Origin: Escherichia phage vB_EcoM_C2-3
Sequence record: OK076929.1
DNA: 64,000 nt
Strand: one strand, 5' to 3'
Notes under the pieces: generated by a model
What the model saw: only the letters and a program-made list of their open reading frames with translations
The model's database searches: none
Told to the model about the DNA's origin: nothing
In this document: in pieces, positions 55,822-64,000 of the stretch
Numbering within the stretch: position 1 is the first letter of the stretch
Layout of the letters: each line of letters opens with the position of its first letter
Made by a program: the position numbers and the translations under genes

Positions 55822-55829
55822 TATAAATA
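55822..55829 (+). promoter_or_regulatory. late promoter (TATAAATA) upstream of soc
   Basis: Exact TATAAATA about 30 nt before soc ATG. Confidence 0.55.
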
Positions 55830-55860
55830 CACCTGTAATTAAACAATAAAGGAGTTTATT

Positions 55861-56097
55861 ATGGGTGGTTTCGTTAACATCAAGACCTTTACTCATCCAG
55901 CAGGTGAAGGCAAAGAAGTTAAAGGTATGGAAGTTTCTGTAGCATTTGATGTATATTCAAATGAACACCGTATTGCAGATTCTCATTATCAAATCTTTCC
56001 GTCAGAAAAAGCAGCTTATTCTGATGTAGTTTCCGATGCAGCAACTTGGAAAACTAAGAATGCTGCAATGTTTACACCTACAGAAATAGGTGGTTAA
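55861..56097 (+). CDS. soc: small outer capsid protein Soc
   Basis: 78 aa, clear similarity to T4 Soc (GYVNIKTF...SVAF...HYQ.FPSEKAAYS). Confidence 0.85.
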   Translation: MGGFVNIKTFTHPAGEGKEVKGMEVSVAFDVYSNEHRIADSHYQIFPSEKAAYSDVVSDAATWKTKNAAMFTPTEIGG

Positions 56098-56105
56098 TAA
56101 TTCAA

Positions 56106-56129
56106 GGACTCCTTCGGGAGTCCTTTTTT
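56106..56129 (+). terminator. intrinsic terminator (ggactcc-ttcg-ggagtcc + TTTTTT)
   Basis: 7-bp stem, UUCG loop, T6. Confidence 0.7.
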
Positions 56130-56138
56130 CATTTTACC

Positions 56139-56169
56139 GGTTTACTTTCCAAAATGAGTATGGTATAAT
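56139..56169 (+). promoter_or_regulatory. early promoter
   Basis: gtttac 56139-56144, tataat 56164-56169. Confidence 0.5.
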
Positions 56170-56195
56170 AAAATTATCTTATAGAGGAGAGCACT

Positions 56196-56402
56196 ATGTT
56201 AAATCGTTGGATTAAACCAAATGAAGATTTAGATATTATCATTTCACGGCATGTAATGAAGAAATATGAATTGCAACCATGGTCTACAGAAGTTGTTGTG
56301 CATTCATTTATGATGTACGCAGATGGTTCTGTTGAATTTAACGCAGAGATTCGATATGATTATGGCGATAAGCAAGTCGAATTCAAAAGAGGCTTTTTGT
56401 AA
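56196..56402 (+). CDS. hypothetical protein (68 aa)
   Basis: ORF track; GAGGAG SD. Confidence 0.5.
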   Translation: MLNRWIKPNEDLDIIISRHVMKKYELQPWSTEVVVHSFMMYADGSVEFNAEIRYDYGDKQVEFKRGFL

Positions 56403-56743
56403 TGTTTATCTTTAATTGGTTTAAAAGTTTCTTTAAAGATTTTTTCTCTACGACTCCTGGAGAAGGTGTAGTTCCTATTTCAAATGACTATCTTCCTTTA
56501 ACTGTAGTTGAATATGTTTATATGGGAGATGGAACAGTAGAAGCAGTTACTATGACTTATGAAGAAGCCCAAGAATATTATAAAAATCCTTGGCGCTGGT
56601 CAACACCTACTACATCATCTAATACGCAGAATACACAGTCTAGTTCTGATTCATATGACACTAATGTTCCTGTTCATGTATGGACGGGCGATTCATGTGG
56701 AAATTCTTGTGATTCTAGTTGTTCATCTACATCTTGTGATTGA
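56402..56743 (+). CDS. hypothetical protein (113 aa), Ser/Cys-rich C-terminus
   Basis: ORF track. Confidence 0.5.
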   Translation: MFIFNWFKSFFKDFFSTTPGEGVVPISNDYLPLTVVEYVYMGDGTVEAVTMTYEEAQEYYKNPWRWSTPTTSSNTQNTQSSSDSYDTNVPVHVWTGDSCGNSCDSSCSSTSCD

Positions 56744-56751
56744 GGAAAATT

Positions 56752-57237
56752 ATGGAAGCGATTTTGTTTGAAATGTATATTAGCAGTAATAGTATGTCGT
56801 TTGCTAAAGACGTTCCAATTACCGTAGCAGTAATGATTGATAAGGGTTATTGTGACCCAATGTATCTCGTAGAAAATTTTGTTTCAATGCCAGTTCCAGA
56901 AGATGCTGAAATAAAACTTAAAAAGATCGGAATTATTGAAACTGTACCAAATATTCCGTTTAGAGCAATTGAAGCATTTACTAAATCCGAATACATCAAT
57001 GTTAGCGCAGAACAATATAATGATAAACCTTTATCTTTCTATTCGTATGATTCAGTATATAGCTGGAAAATAGATAAAGGAAATAAATTTATAATTGTGA
57101 GTGAAGATGCTTTATCATACTTTATTTCTTCTGTATGGAATAGTTTACATCCAAATTTGCTAAAAATTCATGAATTTGATGATGCTCCTACTGTTGTTTT
57201 AGGTAAAACAAATGAAAGTTCTGAAAAAAATGCTTGA
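56752..57237 (+). CDS. mrh: hypothetical protein (161 aa; Mrh-like by position and length)
   Basis: Start moved to MEAILF after GAGG; 161 aa equals T4 Mrh length; positional assignment only. Confidence 0.35.
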   Translation: MEAILFEMYISSNSMSFAKDVPITVAVMIDKGYCDPMYLVENFVSMPVPEDAEIKLKKIGIIETVPNIPFRAIEAFTKSEYINVSAEQYNDKPLSFYSYDSVYSWKIDKGNKFIIVSEDALSYFISSVWNSLHPNLLKIHEFDDAPTVVLGKTNESSEKNA

Positions 57238-57415
57238 ATGGTTCAGTAGACCAAACTCAATGTACATTGATGATGGTTGGGTTGAACAAGCAAATAAAGA
57301 AATGCAGAACGAATCAGAAGAATGGATGAAATCAATGATTAGTGCTGAGAAAGAAAAGAAATTAGAACGCTCAGCGCTTAAATTGATGAGAGACATCTAT
57401 GGGGATAAATCGTGA
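57212..57415 (+). CDS. hypothetical protein (67 aa)
   Basis: ORF track. Confidence 0.45.
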   Translation: MKVLKKMLEWFSRPNSMYIDDGWVEQANKEMQNESEEWMKSMISAEKEKKLERSALKLMRDIYGDKS

Positions 57416-57568
57416 ACAGAGATATGACGCTAGAAGAGGCCAAGGCTAAAGCAAATGAAGCATTGGATTTGCTTCTTAAAATTGGCAGTAAAATGATGGA
57501 AGAAAATGAGAAATATATCCAGGAAAACAAAATTCCTGACGGCCCATTAGTAGGCAAGAGGAAATCAC

Positions 57569-58039
57569 ATGATTGAAGTAGCAAAACATTATTCAATAGA
57601 ATTTATGTCTAAAGAAGGTAAATCAGTAAATACACTTGACAAAAAGTGCTCATTAATTATTCCTTTAGCAGAAAATCCGGATATTTTAATTAAAGATATA
57701 AAAGAAAGAAAATACCCAGAAAATGTTATTCTAATTATAAAGCATACTGAAGATATTTTGCAGAATACTGATTCACCGTTTTCTTCTTCTGAAGCTTTAA
57801 CTATTAAAGGCTATAAAAGAGCTCATGAATATGGTCTTTTTGACCTGTTTGAAGACGATAAAGTTAAATTAGCGAGTCAACCTTCTAAAAGTAAAACATT
57901 CATTATTGAAGATATTAAAGATATAAATGCATTCGTTAAGATGGTCTGGGCTCATTTTGATGTTGGACTACGCTGGAGAATGTCCGAAGAAGAAAGAAAG
58001 ATTATTGAAGCTAATCGTCAATTTGGTTTTTATCGCTAG
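57569..58039 (+). CDS. hypothetical protein (156 aa)
   Basis: ORF track. Confidence 0.5.
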   Translation: MIEVAKHYSIEFMSKEGKSVNTLDKKCSLIIPLAENPDILIKDIKERKYPENVILIIKHTEDILQNTDSPFSSSEALTIKGYKRAHEYGLFDLFEDDKVKLASQPSKSKTFIIEDIKDINAFVKMVWAHFDVGLRWRMSEEERKIIEANRQFGFYR

Positions 58040-58047
58040 GAATTAAT

Positions 58048-58230
58048 ATGGATTTATTTGAGATGTTAGAAGATAATCATTCTACGAATATCCAGAATGA
58101 TTCTAGTGATTATAAGAAAGAGTACCGTATAGTATTACAGAATTATGGAATTGAAGCCCCAGATGCTCTTCTAGAAGAACTAGCTTCATACCATCTTGAC
58201 CCTCCGCCCTGGGCTCCCTGGGCAAAATAA
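58048..58230 (+). CDS. hypothetical protein (60 aa)
   Basis: ORF track. Confidence 0.45.
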   Translation: MDLFEMLEDNHSTNIQNDSSDYKKEYRIVLQNYGIEAPDALLEELASYHLDPPPWAPWAK

Positions 58231-58241
58231 TTCAAAAAGTT

Positions 58242-58271
58242 GTTTACTTTCCTTTCTAACGATGATATGAT
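58242..58271 (+). promoter_or_regulatory. early promoter
   Basis: gtttac 58242-58247, tatgat -10. Confidence 0.45.
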
Positions 58272-58297
58272 AGCTTCTGAAGTATACGGAGGCTATC

Positions 58298-58921
58298 ATG
58301 ATTATTAATCTTGCAGATGTTGAACAGTTATCTATAAAAGCTGAAAGCGTCGATTTTCAATATGATATGTATAAAAAGGTCTGTGAAAAATTTACTGACT
58401 TTGAGCAGTCTGTTCTTTGGCAATGTATGGAAGCTAAAAAGAATGAAGAGCTTCATCGGCAATTGAATAAAATCATTAAAAAGCATTTAACTAAATCACC
58501 TTATCAATTATATCGTGGTATATCAAAATCGACAAAAGAACTCATTAAAGATTTACAAGTTGGAGAAGTGTTTTCAACGAACAGGGTAGATTCATTTACT
58601 ACTAGTTTGCACACAGCATGTGGGTTTTCTTATGTTGAGTATTTCACTGAAATAATATTTCGCTTAAAAACTGATAAAGCTTTTAATTATTCTGACCATA
58701 TCAGCGATATTATACTTTCTTCTCCTAATACTGAATTTAAGTATACATATGAAGATACTGATGGATTAGATTCAGAGCGTACTGATAACTTAATGATGAT
58801 TGTGCGTGAACAAGAATGGATGATTCCAATTGGAAAGTATAGAATAACTTCTATTTCAAAAGAAAAATTACACGATTCATTTGGAACATTTAAAGTTTAT
58901 GATATTGAGGTAGTTGAATGA
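58298..58921 (+). CDS. modB: ADP-ribosyltransferase ModB
   Basis: 207 aa; R-S-E ADP-ribosyltransferase signature (YRG, STxS region, EQEWMIP). Confidence 0.75.
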   Translation: MIINLADVEQLSIKAESVDFQYDMYKKVCEKFTDFEQSVLWQCMEAKKNEELHRQLNKIIKKHLTKSPYQLYRGISKSTKELIKDLQVGEVFSTNRVDSFTTSLHTACGFSYVEYFTEIIFRLKTDKAFNYSDHISDIILSSPNTEFKYTYEDTDGLDSERTDNLMMIVREQEWMIPIGKYRITSISKEKLHDSFGTFKVYDIEVVE

Positions 58922-59520
58922 AATACTCAGTAATGCAACTAAAAGATTTTAAAATAAAATCAATGGATGCATCGGTGCGTGCTTCTATTCGTGAAGAATT
59001 ACTTTCTGAAGGATTTAATTTATCTGAAATTGAACTTTTAATTCATTGTATTACTAATAAACCAGACGATCATTCTTGGTTAAATGAAATAGTCAAATCT
59101 CGTTTGGTTCCAAACGATAAACCTCTTTGGAGAGGTGTTCCAGTTGAGACTAAACAGATGTTAAATCAAGGAATTGATATTATTACATTTGATAAAGTAG
59201 TATCAGCTTCATGTGATAAAAATATAGCTCTACATTTTGCTTCTGGATTAGAATACAACACACAAGTTATTTTTGAATTCAAAGCTCCTATGGTGTTTAA
59301 TTTCCAGGAGTATGCTATAAAAGCTTTACGTTGTAAAGAATATAGTCCGAGTTTTAAGTTTCCGGATAGCCATCGCTATCGTAATATGGAATTAGTTTCA
59401 GATGAACAAGAAGTAATGATACCAGCTGGAAGTGTATTTAGAATTGCAGATAGATATGAGTACAAAAAGTATTCAACATATACTATCTATACTCTTGATT
59501 TTGAAGGATTTAATCTATAA
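58918..59520 (+). CDS. modA: ADP-ribosyltransferase ModA
   Basis: 200 aa paralog of ModB (WRG, SAS, EQEVMIP). Confidence 0.75.
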   Translation: MKYSVMQLKDFKIKSMDASVRASIREELLSEGFNLSEIELLIHCITNKPDDHSWLNEIVKSRLVPNDKPLWRGVPVETKQMLNQGIDIITFDKVVSASCDKNIALHFASGLEYNTQVIFEFKAPMVFNFQEYAIKALRCKEYSPSFKFPDSHRYRNMELVSDEQEVMIPAGSVFRIADRYEYKKYSTYTIYTLDFEGFNL

Positions 59521-59576
59521 TGGAAGGACTTAGATTCATTATACCATGAAAGTTTTAAAGCATTTTTCATAAAGTT

Positions 59577-59606
59577 GTTTACAAGCTGAAGTAAAAATGT
59601 TATAGT
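59577..59606 (+). promoter_or_regulatory. early promoter
   Basis: gtttac 59577-59582, 18 bp, tatagt. Confidence 0.45.
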
Positions 59607-59636
59607 ATAAGTAGTTAACCCGTCCGTGAGAAAAAT

Positions 59637-60383
59637 ATGAAACTGTCTAAAAATCAAATTCGTAAAATTACACGTCGTCTAGAGCATACCCAGGCATCTG
59701 CTAAAAGACGTTCTAAAGATTTTAACTTAGACTTCAATTACATTAAGAACATTTTAGATCAGAAAGTTTGCGCTTACTCAGGAGAACCTTTTGATAATCG
59801 TATTGAAGGAGAGAAATTATCATTAGAACGTTTTGATAATAACGTTGGATACATTAAAGGGAATGTTATTGCAGTAAAGAAAAAGTACAATACATTTCGT
59901 TCTGATTATACTTTAGAAGAGCTGATTGAAAAGCGTGATTTATTTGCTTTGCGAATTGGTCGTTCATCTGCGAAAAAAGTTCATAAACTAAATTTAGATG
60001 AAAAGAAATGGGCTAAAATCAAAAAGACTTATAATCAAATTAAAGCTATACAGAAAAAACGCGAAAACCGAATTGAACACATTTCTCGGCTTTCTAAATC
60101 AAAACAAACCTCTGACGTTAAGCTAACGATTGTAGCACTCAAAGCTCGTATTGATGGTTCTCGTATAGCAGAAGGCGCTGAAGCTGTTAAATTGAACGTT
60201 CTTCTTAAAGGCTCGGATTGGAAAATTGTGAAAAAGCTGTCAGAAGCAGAAATGCAATATGATATGTGTGATAAAATTATTCAAGGTGTAGAGCGGTATC
60301 AAAATTTGTCTTTTATTGATAAACTTAAACTGAAAAGAGGATACCCGCTAAATTGTTCAATTTTTAAACTTATCCGAGGATAA
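59637..60383 (+). CDS. hypothetical basic protein (248 aa; occupies T4 srd position)
   Basis: ORF track; between modA and dda; identity not verifiable by eye. Confidence 0.5.
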   Translation: MKLSKNQIRKITRRLEHTQASAKRRSKDFNLDFNYIKNILDQKVCAYSGEPFDNRIEGEKLSLERFDNNVGYIKGNVIAVKKKYNTFRSDYTLEELIEKRDLFALRIGRSSAKKVHKLNLDEKKWAKIKKTYNQIKAIQKKRENRIEHISRLSKSKQTSDVKLTIVALKARIDGSRIAEGAEAVKLNVLLKGSDWKIVKKLSEAEMQYDMCDKIIQGVERYQNLSFIDKLKLKRGYPLNCSIFKLIRG

Positions 60384-60384
60384 T

Positions 60385-60696
60385 ATGGTTTATGTATATG
60401 CGATAGTTTACCGAGACAAAGACGGATTTACGGCGCCAGTTCCACTTGATGAACATCGTCCTGCTGTATTTTTTGAAAGGGAGATTGCTGATAAAGTATT
60501 TACTACTCTTAAAGAGCAGTATCGACTAGCTTTAGGTAAAGGAATTCCAAGATTAGTTGAGACTCCACGTAAATTTTGGTTTAATAAAATAGAAGTTAAA
60601 CATGTTAAGCCTGATGTAGATACACAAAGATTATATCAACGAATTCTAGATACTGGGCGTATTGTTAGTATTCCAATTGCAGGGACTTTCCGATGA
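60385..60696 (+). CDS. hypothetical protein (103 aa)
   Basis: ORF track. Confidence 0.5.
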   Translation: MVYVYAIVYRDKDGFTAPVPLDEHRPAVFFEREIADKVFTTLKEQYRLALGKGIPRLVETPRKFWFNKIEVKHVKPDVDTQRLYQRILDTGRIVSIPIAGTFR

Positions 60697-62012
60697 CATT
60701 TGATGATTTGACAGAAGGCCAGAAAAATGCCTTTAACATCGTTATGAGGGCTATTAAAGAAAAGAAACATCATGTAACTATTAATGGACCTGCTGGTACC
60801 GGTAAGACTACTCTTACTAAGTTCATCATTGAAGCTTTAATATCTACGGGTGAAACTGGTATTATTTTAGCAGCTCCTACTCATGCAGCTAAAAAGATTC
60901 TTTCAAAACTATCAGGGAAAGAAGCAAGTACTATTCATAGCATTCTTAAAATTAACCCAGTAACATATGAAGAAAACGTTCTTTTTGAACAAAAAGAAGT
61001 ACCGGATTTAGCTAAATGCAGAGTATTAATCTGCGACGAAGTGTCAATGTATGATAGAAAGCTATTTAAAATTCTGCTTTCAACTATCCCGCCGTGGTGT
61101 ACTATAATTGGAATAGGTGATAATAAGCAGATTAGACCTGTTGACCCAGGAGAAAACACTGCTTATATCAGTCCATTCTTTACACACAAAGATTTTTATC
61201 AGTGTGAACTCACTGAAGTTAAACGCAGTAATGCTCCTATTATTGATGTAGCTACTGACGTTCGTAACGGTAAGTGGATTTATGATAAAATTGTTGACGG
61301 GCATGGAGTACGTGGATTTACAGGTGATACCGCTTTACGCGATTTTATGGTAAATTATTTTTCAATCGTCAAATCTTTAGATGATTTGTTTGAAAATCGC
61401 GTAATGGCATTTACGAATAAATCTGTTGACAAGTTAAATAGCATTATTCGTAAAAAGATTTTTGAAACTGATAAAGATTTTATTGTCGGTGAAATTATTG
61501 TAATGCAGGAACCATTAATTAAAACATATAAAATTGATGGAAAGCCTGTGTCAGAAATTATTTTTAATAACGGACAATTAGTTCGTATTATAGAAGCAGA
61601 GTATACATCGACGTTTGTTAAAGCTCGTGGTGTTCCTGGAGAATACTTAATTCGTCATTGGGATTTAACAGTAGAAACTTACGGCGATGATGAATATTAT
61701 CGTGAAAAGATTAAAATAATTTCATCTGATGAAGAGTTATATAAGTTTAACCTATTTTTAGGTAAAACGGCAGAAACTTATAAAAATTGGAACAAAGGCG
61801 GAAAAGCTCCATGGAGTGATTTTTGGGATGCTAAATCACAGTTTAGTAAAGTGAAAGCACTTCCTGCATCAACATTCCATAAAGCTCAGGGTATGTCTGT
61901 AGACCGTGCTTTCATTTATACGCCTTGTATTCATTATGCAGATGCTGAATTGGCCCAACAACTTCTTTATGTTGGTGTTACCCGTGGTCGTTATGATGTG
62001 TTTTATGTGTGA
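60693..62012 (+). CDS. dda: DNA helicase Dda (SF1)
   Basis: 439 aa; Walker A GPAGTGKT; recognised as T4 Dda. Confidence 0.95.
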   Translation: MTFDDLTEGQKNAFNIVMRAIKEKKHHVTINGPAGTGKTTLTKFIIEALISTGETGIILAAPTHAAKKILSKLSGKEASTIHSILKINPVTYEENVLFEQKEVPDLAKCRVLICDEVSMYDRKLFKILLSTIPPWCTIIGIGDNKQIRPVDPGENTAYISPFFTHKDFYQCELTEVKRSNAPIIDVATDVRNGKWIYDKIVDGHGVRGFTGDTALRDFMVNYFSIVKSLDDLFENRVMAFTNKSVDKLNSIIRKKIFETDKDFIVGEIIVMQEPLIKTYKIDGKPVSEIIFNNGQLVRIIEAEYTSTFVKARGVPGEYLIRHWDLTVETYGDDEYYREKIKIISSDEELYKFNLFLGKTAETYKNWNKGGKAPWSDFWDAKSQFSKVKALPASTFHKAQGMSVDRAFIYTPCIHYADAELAQQLLYVGVTRGRYDVFYV

Positions 62013-62018
62013 GGCTAT

Positions 62019-62279
62019 ATGATTAACATCAATTCAAAATATTTAAATCGTCTAATAGATGGTATAAGGAAGCATACTAATAAGCAAGATAATCTTAATG
62101 TTATGGTAACAGGAGCTGAGCTCCTTCATAAGCTTTATCTTATAAGTGATACTATATTAGCAATTAAACGAATTGAAAAACAATCATATCACAGTAATAC
62201 AGATACGGTAATTACACTAGATGAAAGTGTCTGTAAATTACTAATTAAATTTGAGGAAGCTATTCGTGGAAATAACTAA
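62019..62279 (+). CDS. hypothetical protein (86 aa)
   Basis: ORF track. Confidence 0.5.
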   Translation: MININSKYLNRLIDGIRKHTNKQDNLNVMVTGAELLHKLYLISDTILAIKRIEKQSYHSNTDTVITLDESVCKLLIKFEEAIRGNN

Positions 62280-62511
62280 AGATCAGTTTTATCTTCTTCA
62301 GGATAAAGTTAGCGAAATTTATGAAATAGCTTATAGTAAAAATCGCAAAAACGTGAAAATTGAATCAGGCAAGTTAATGCTTCAATTGGAAGAAATTGAA
62401 CGAGATTTGATTGCGTTAGAATTCTTTTGTGGTGAAGTAAAAACTGTTACAATCAGTGATTACATTTTAGGTGAAATTAGCCATCTTTATAAGGCGGTTA
62501 TTAATGATTGA
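62266..62511 (+). CDS. hypothetical protein (about 81 aa; GTG start)
   Basis: Frame of ORF 62251; GTG 62266 after GAGGA. Confidence 0.4.
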   Translation: MEITKDQFYLLQDKVSEIYEIAYSKNRKNVKIESGKLMLQLEEIERDLIALEFFCGEVKTVTISDYILGEISHLYKAVIND

Positions 62512-62746
62512 ATTAAGTTGGTGTCAGTTTAAATCTCTTATGACAAATGTTAAAGCTGTCATTGAGAAAAATTCTGGTCCTGAAAATATTACTATTCGCG
62601 AAAAAGCTTTAAAGATAATATACAGTCTTGAAGAGATGCAAAAAGATATTGAATCTATGGCAAAATTTATTGATGAACCTATTAATAAAGTTTATATTCA
62701 AGATTATACTGTAGGTCAAATTCGCGATTTAGCAAGGAAAATTTAA
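62504..62746 (+). CDS. hypothetical protein (about 80 aa)
   Basis: Frame of ORF 62471; ATG 62504. Confidence 0.45.
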   Translation: MIELSWCQFKSLMTNVKAVIEKNSGPENITIREKALKIIYSLEEMQKDIESMAKFIDEPINKVYIQDYTVGQIRDLARKI

Positions 62747-63429
62747 TGTTTGATTTTATTATAGATTTTGAAACAATGGGAAGTGGTGAAAAAGCAGCTG
62801 TTATTGATTTAGCTGTAATTGCTTTTGACCCTAACCCAGAAGTAGTTGAAACATTTGATGAATTAGTTTCACGCGGCATTAAAATCAAATTTGATTTAAA
62901 AAGCCAAAAAGGACATCGTCTTTTTACTAAAAGCACTATCGAATGGTGGAAAAATCAGTCTCCTGAAGCTCGAAAAAATATTGCACCATCAGATGAAGAT
63001 GTAAGCACCATCGATGGTATTGCAAAATTTAATGATTACATCAATGCACATAATATCGATCCTTGGAAATCTCAAGGCTGGTGCCGTGGAATGTCGTTTG
63101 ATTTTCCAATTTTAGTCGATCTCATTCGTGATATTCAACGTCTTAATGGTGTTTCTGAGAATGAGCTTGACACATTTAAGTTAGAACCATGTAAATTCTG
63201 GAATCAGCGTGATATTCGTACCAGAATTGAAGCACTTCTGCTTGTTCGTGATATGACCACGTGTCCTCTTCCAAAAGGAACTTTAGATGGATTCGTTGCG
63301 CATGATTCTATTCATGACTGTGCGAAAGATATTCTGATGATGAAGTATGCTTTGCGATATGCTATGGGTCTTGAAGATGCTCCGTCAGAGGAAGATTGCG
63401 ATCCTCTATCTCTTCCAACAAAACGATAA
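62746..63429 (+). CDS. dexA: exonuclease A DexA
   Basis: 227 aa, DEDD-type exonuclease motif FDFETMG, recognised as T4 DexA. Confidence 0.9.
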   Translation: MFDFIIDFETMGSGEKAAVIDLAVIAFDPNPEVVETFDELVSRGIKIKFDLKSQKGHRLFTKSTIEWWKNQSPEARKNIAPSDEDVSTIDGIAKFNDYINAHNIDPWKSQGWCRGMSFDFPILVDLIRDIQRLNGVSENELDTFKLEPCKFWNQRDIRTRIEALLLVRDMTTCPLPKGTLDGFVAHDSIHDCAKDILMMKYALRYAMGLEDAPSEEDCDPLSLPTKR

Positions 63430-63434
63430 AAAGT

Positions 63435-63465
63435 TGTTTACTTCCTCGGTTAGTTGTGGTATTAT
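63435..63465 (+). promoter_or_regulatory. early promoter
   Basis: gtttac 63435-63440, tattat 63460-63465. Confidence 0.45.
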
Positions 63466-63492
63466 AACACCATAGCTACTGAGGATAATAAA

Positions 63493-63993
63493 ATGAAAAT
63501 TTATCGTGTTGAATCATCGTTTAGTATTCTTGATTATGAAGATGCTATAACAATACGTCGAAATCTTTGTGTTCAAATAACGCCGTACAGGAGTATAATA
63601 GATTCATGGAGCGAAGAGTGGCTATTACACGTAGGTTATGACAGACCTAATTTTATGCATCATAGCGATAATAATAAAAGAATTCCTTTACCACACGAAG
63701 ATAAACTATTAGTTAAAAACGCTAATATAGTAATTAATACTAAGTTCAAGAAAGATTATGTTGGAGTAGAATATCATATTCCAGGATGGTTTATAGGTCT
63801 TTATCATTTTGCTTTCGCTAGTGAATATGATATGATGAGATGGTTCACACGAGAAGAGCGGGAAGAATTATCTTCTAAAGGATTTTATCTCGCTGTATAC
63901 GAAGTTCCTGAAGATGAAGTTATCATTGGTGGGCACCAAGTAATGTTCCGCAAATCGCATGCTGAACTCGTAGATTTTATTGAAATGAGATAA
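63493..63993 (+). CDS. hypothetical protein (about 166 aa)
   Basis: Start moved to ATG after GAGGA downstream of promoter. Confidence 0.5.
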   Translation: MKIYRVESSFSILDYEDAITIRRNLCVQITPYRSIIDSWSEEWLLHVGYDRPNFMHHSDNNKRIPLPHEDKLLVKNANIVINTKFKKDYVGVEYHIPGWFIGLYHFAFASEYDMMRWFTREEREELSSKGFYLAVYEVPEDEVIIGGHQVMFRKSHAELVDFIEMR

Positions 63994-64000
63994 TTATGAA

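Noticed and set aside
57424-57575. Fifty-codon ORF between 57212..57415 and 57569..58039
   Set aside because: Fills an intergenic gap and could be real, but no RBS or motif and below size cutoff; not annotated as a feature.

Overview
This window reads as a T4-type (Tevenvirinae-like) phage early/middle gene region, with almost all genes on the + strand. Gene order is colinear with the T4 segment: tRNA cluster, nudE, e, denV, regB, vs, tk, rI, nrdC, pin, 49, nrdD, nrdG, nrdH, 55, a-gt, 47, 46, rpbA, 45, 44, 62, regA, 43, imm, 42, uvsX, 40, 41, dmd, sp, 61, 56, soc, modB, modA, dda, dexA. Core genes were recognised from protein sequence and motifs in the ORF track, not from any database search. 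The region carries about 20 early promoters (GTTTAC, 17-19 bp, TATAAT-like), late promoters (TATAAATA), MotA-box middle promoter candidates and many UUCG-loop hairpin terminators. Departures from the T4 layout as I recall it cluster in the variable regions: 11 tRNAs (adding Tyr, Asn, His), an internal-protein-like cassette after the tRNAs with no IP genes between e and denV, an uninterrupted nrdD, free-standing GIY-YIG and HNH homing endonucleases, and a GT-A-type glycosyltransferase where T4 has beta-gt. The strongest candidates for undescribed function are a nucleotidyltransferase/ATPase gene block (14.6-18.8 kb), a four-gene coiled-coil family (20.2-24.2 kb), a tandem membrane-protein family (4.1-5.9 kb) and one antisense membrane ORF between 61 and 56. 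Novelty cannot be established without database comparison. No CRISPR array or rRNA was seen.
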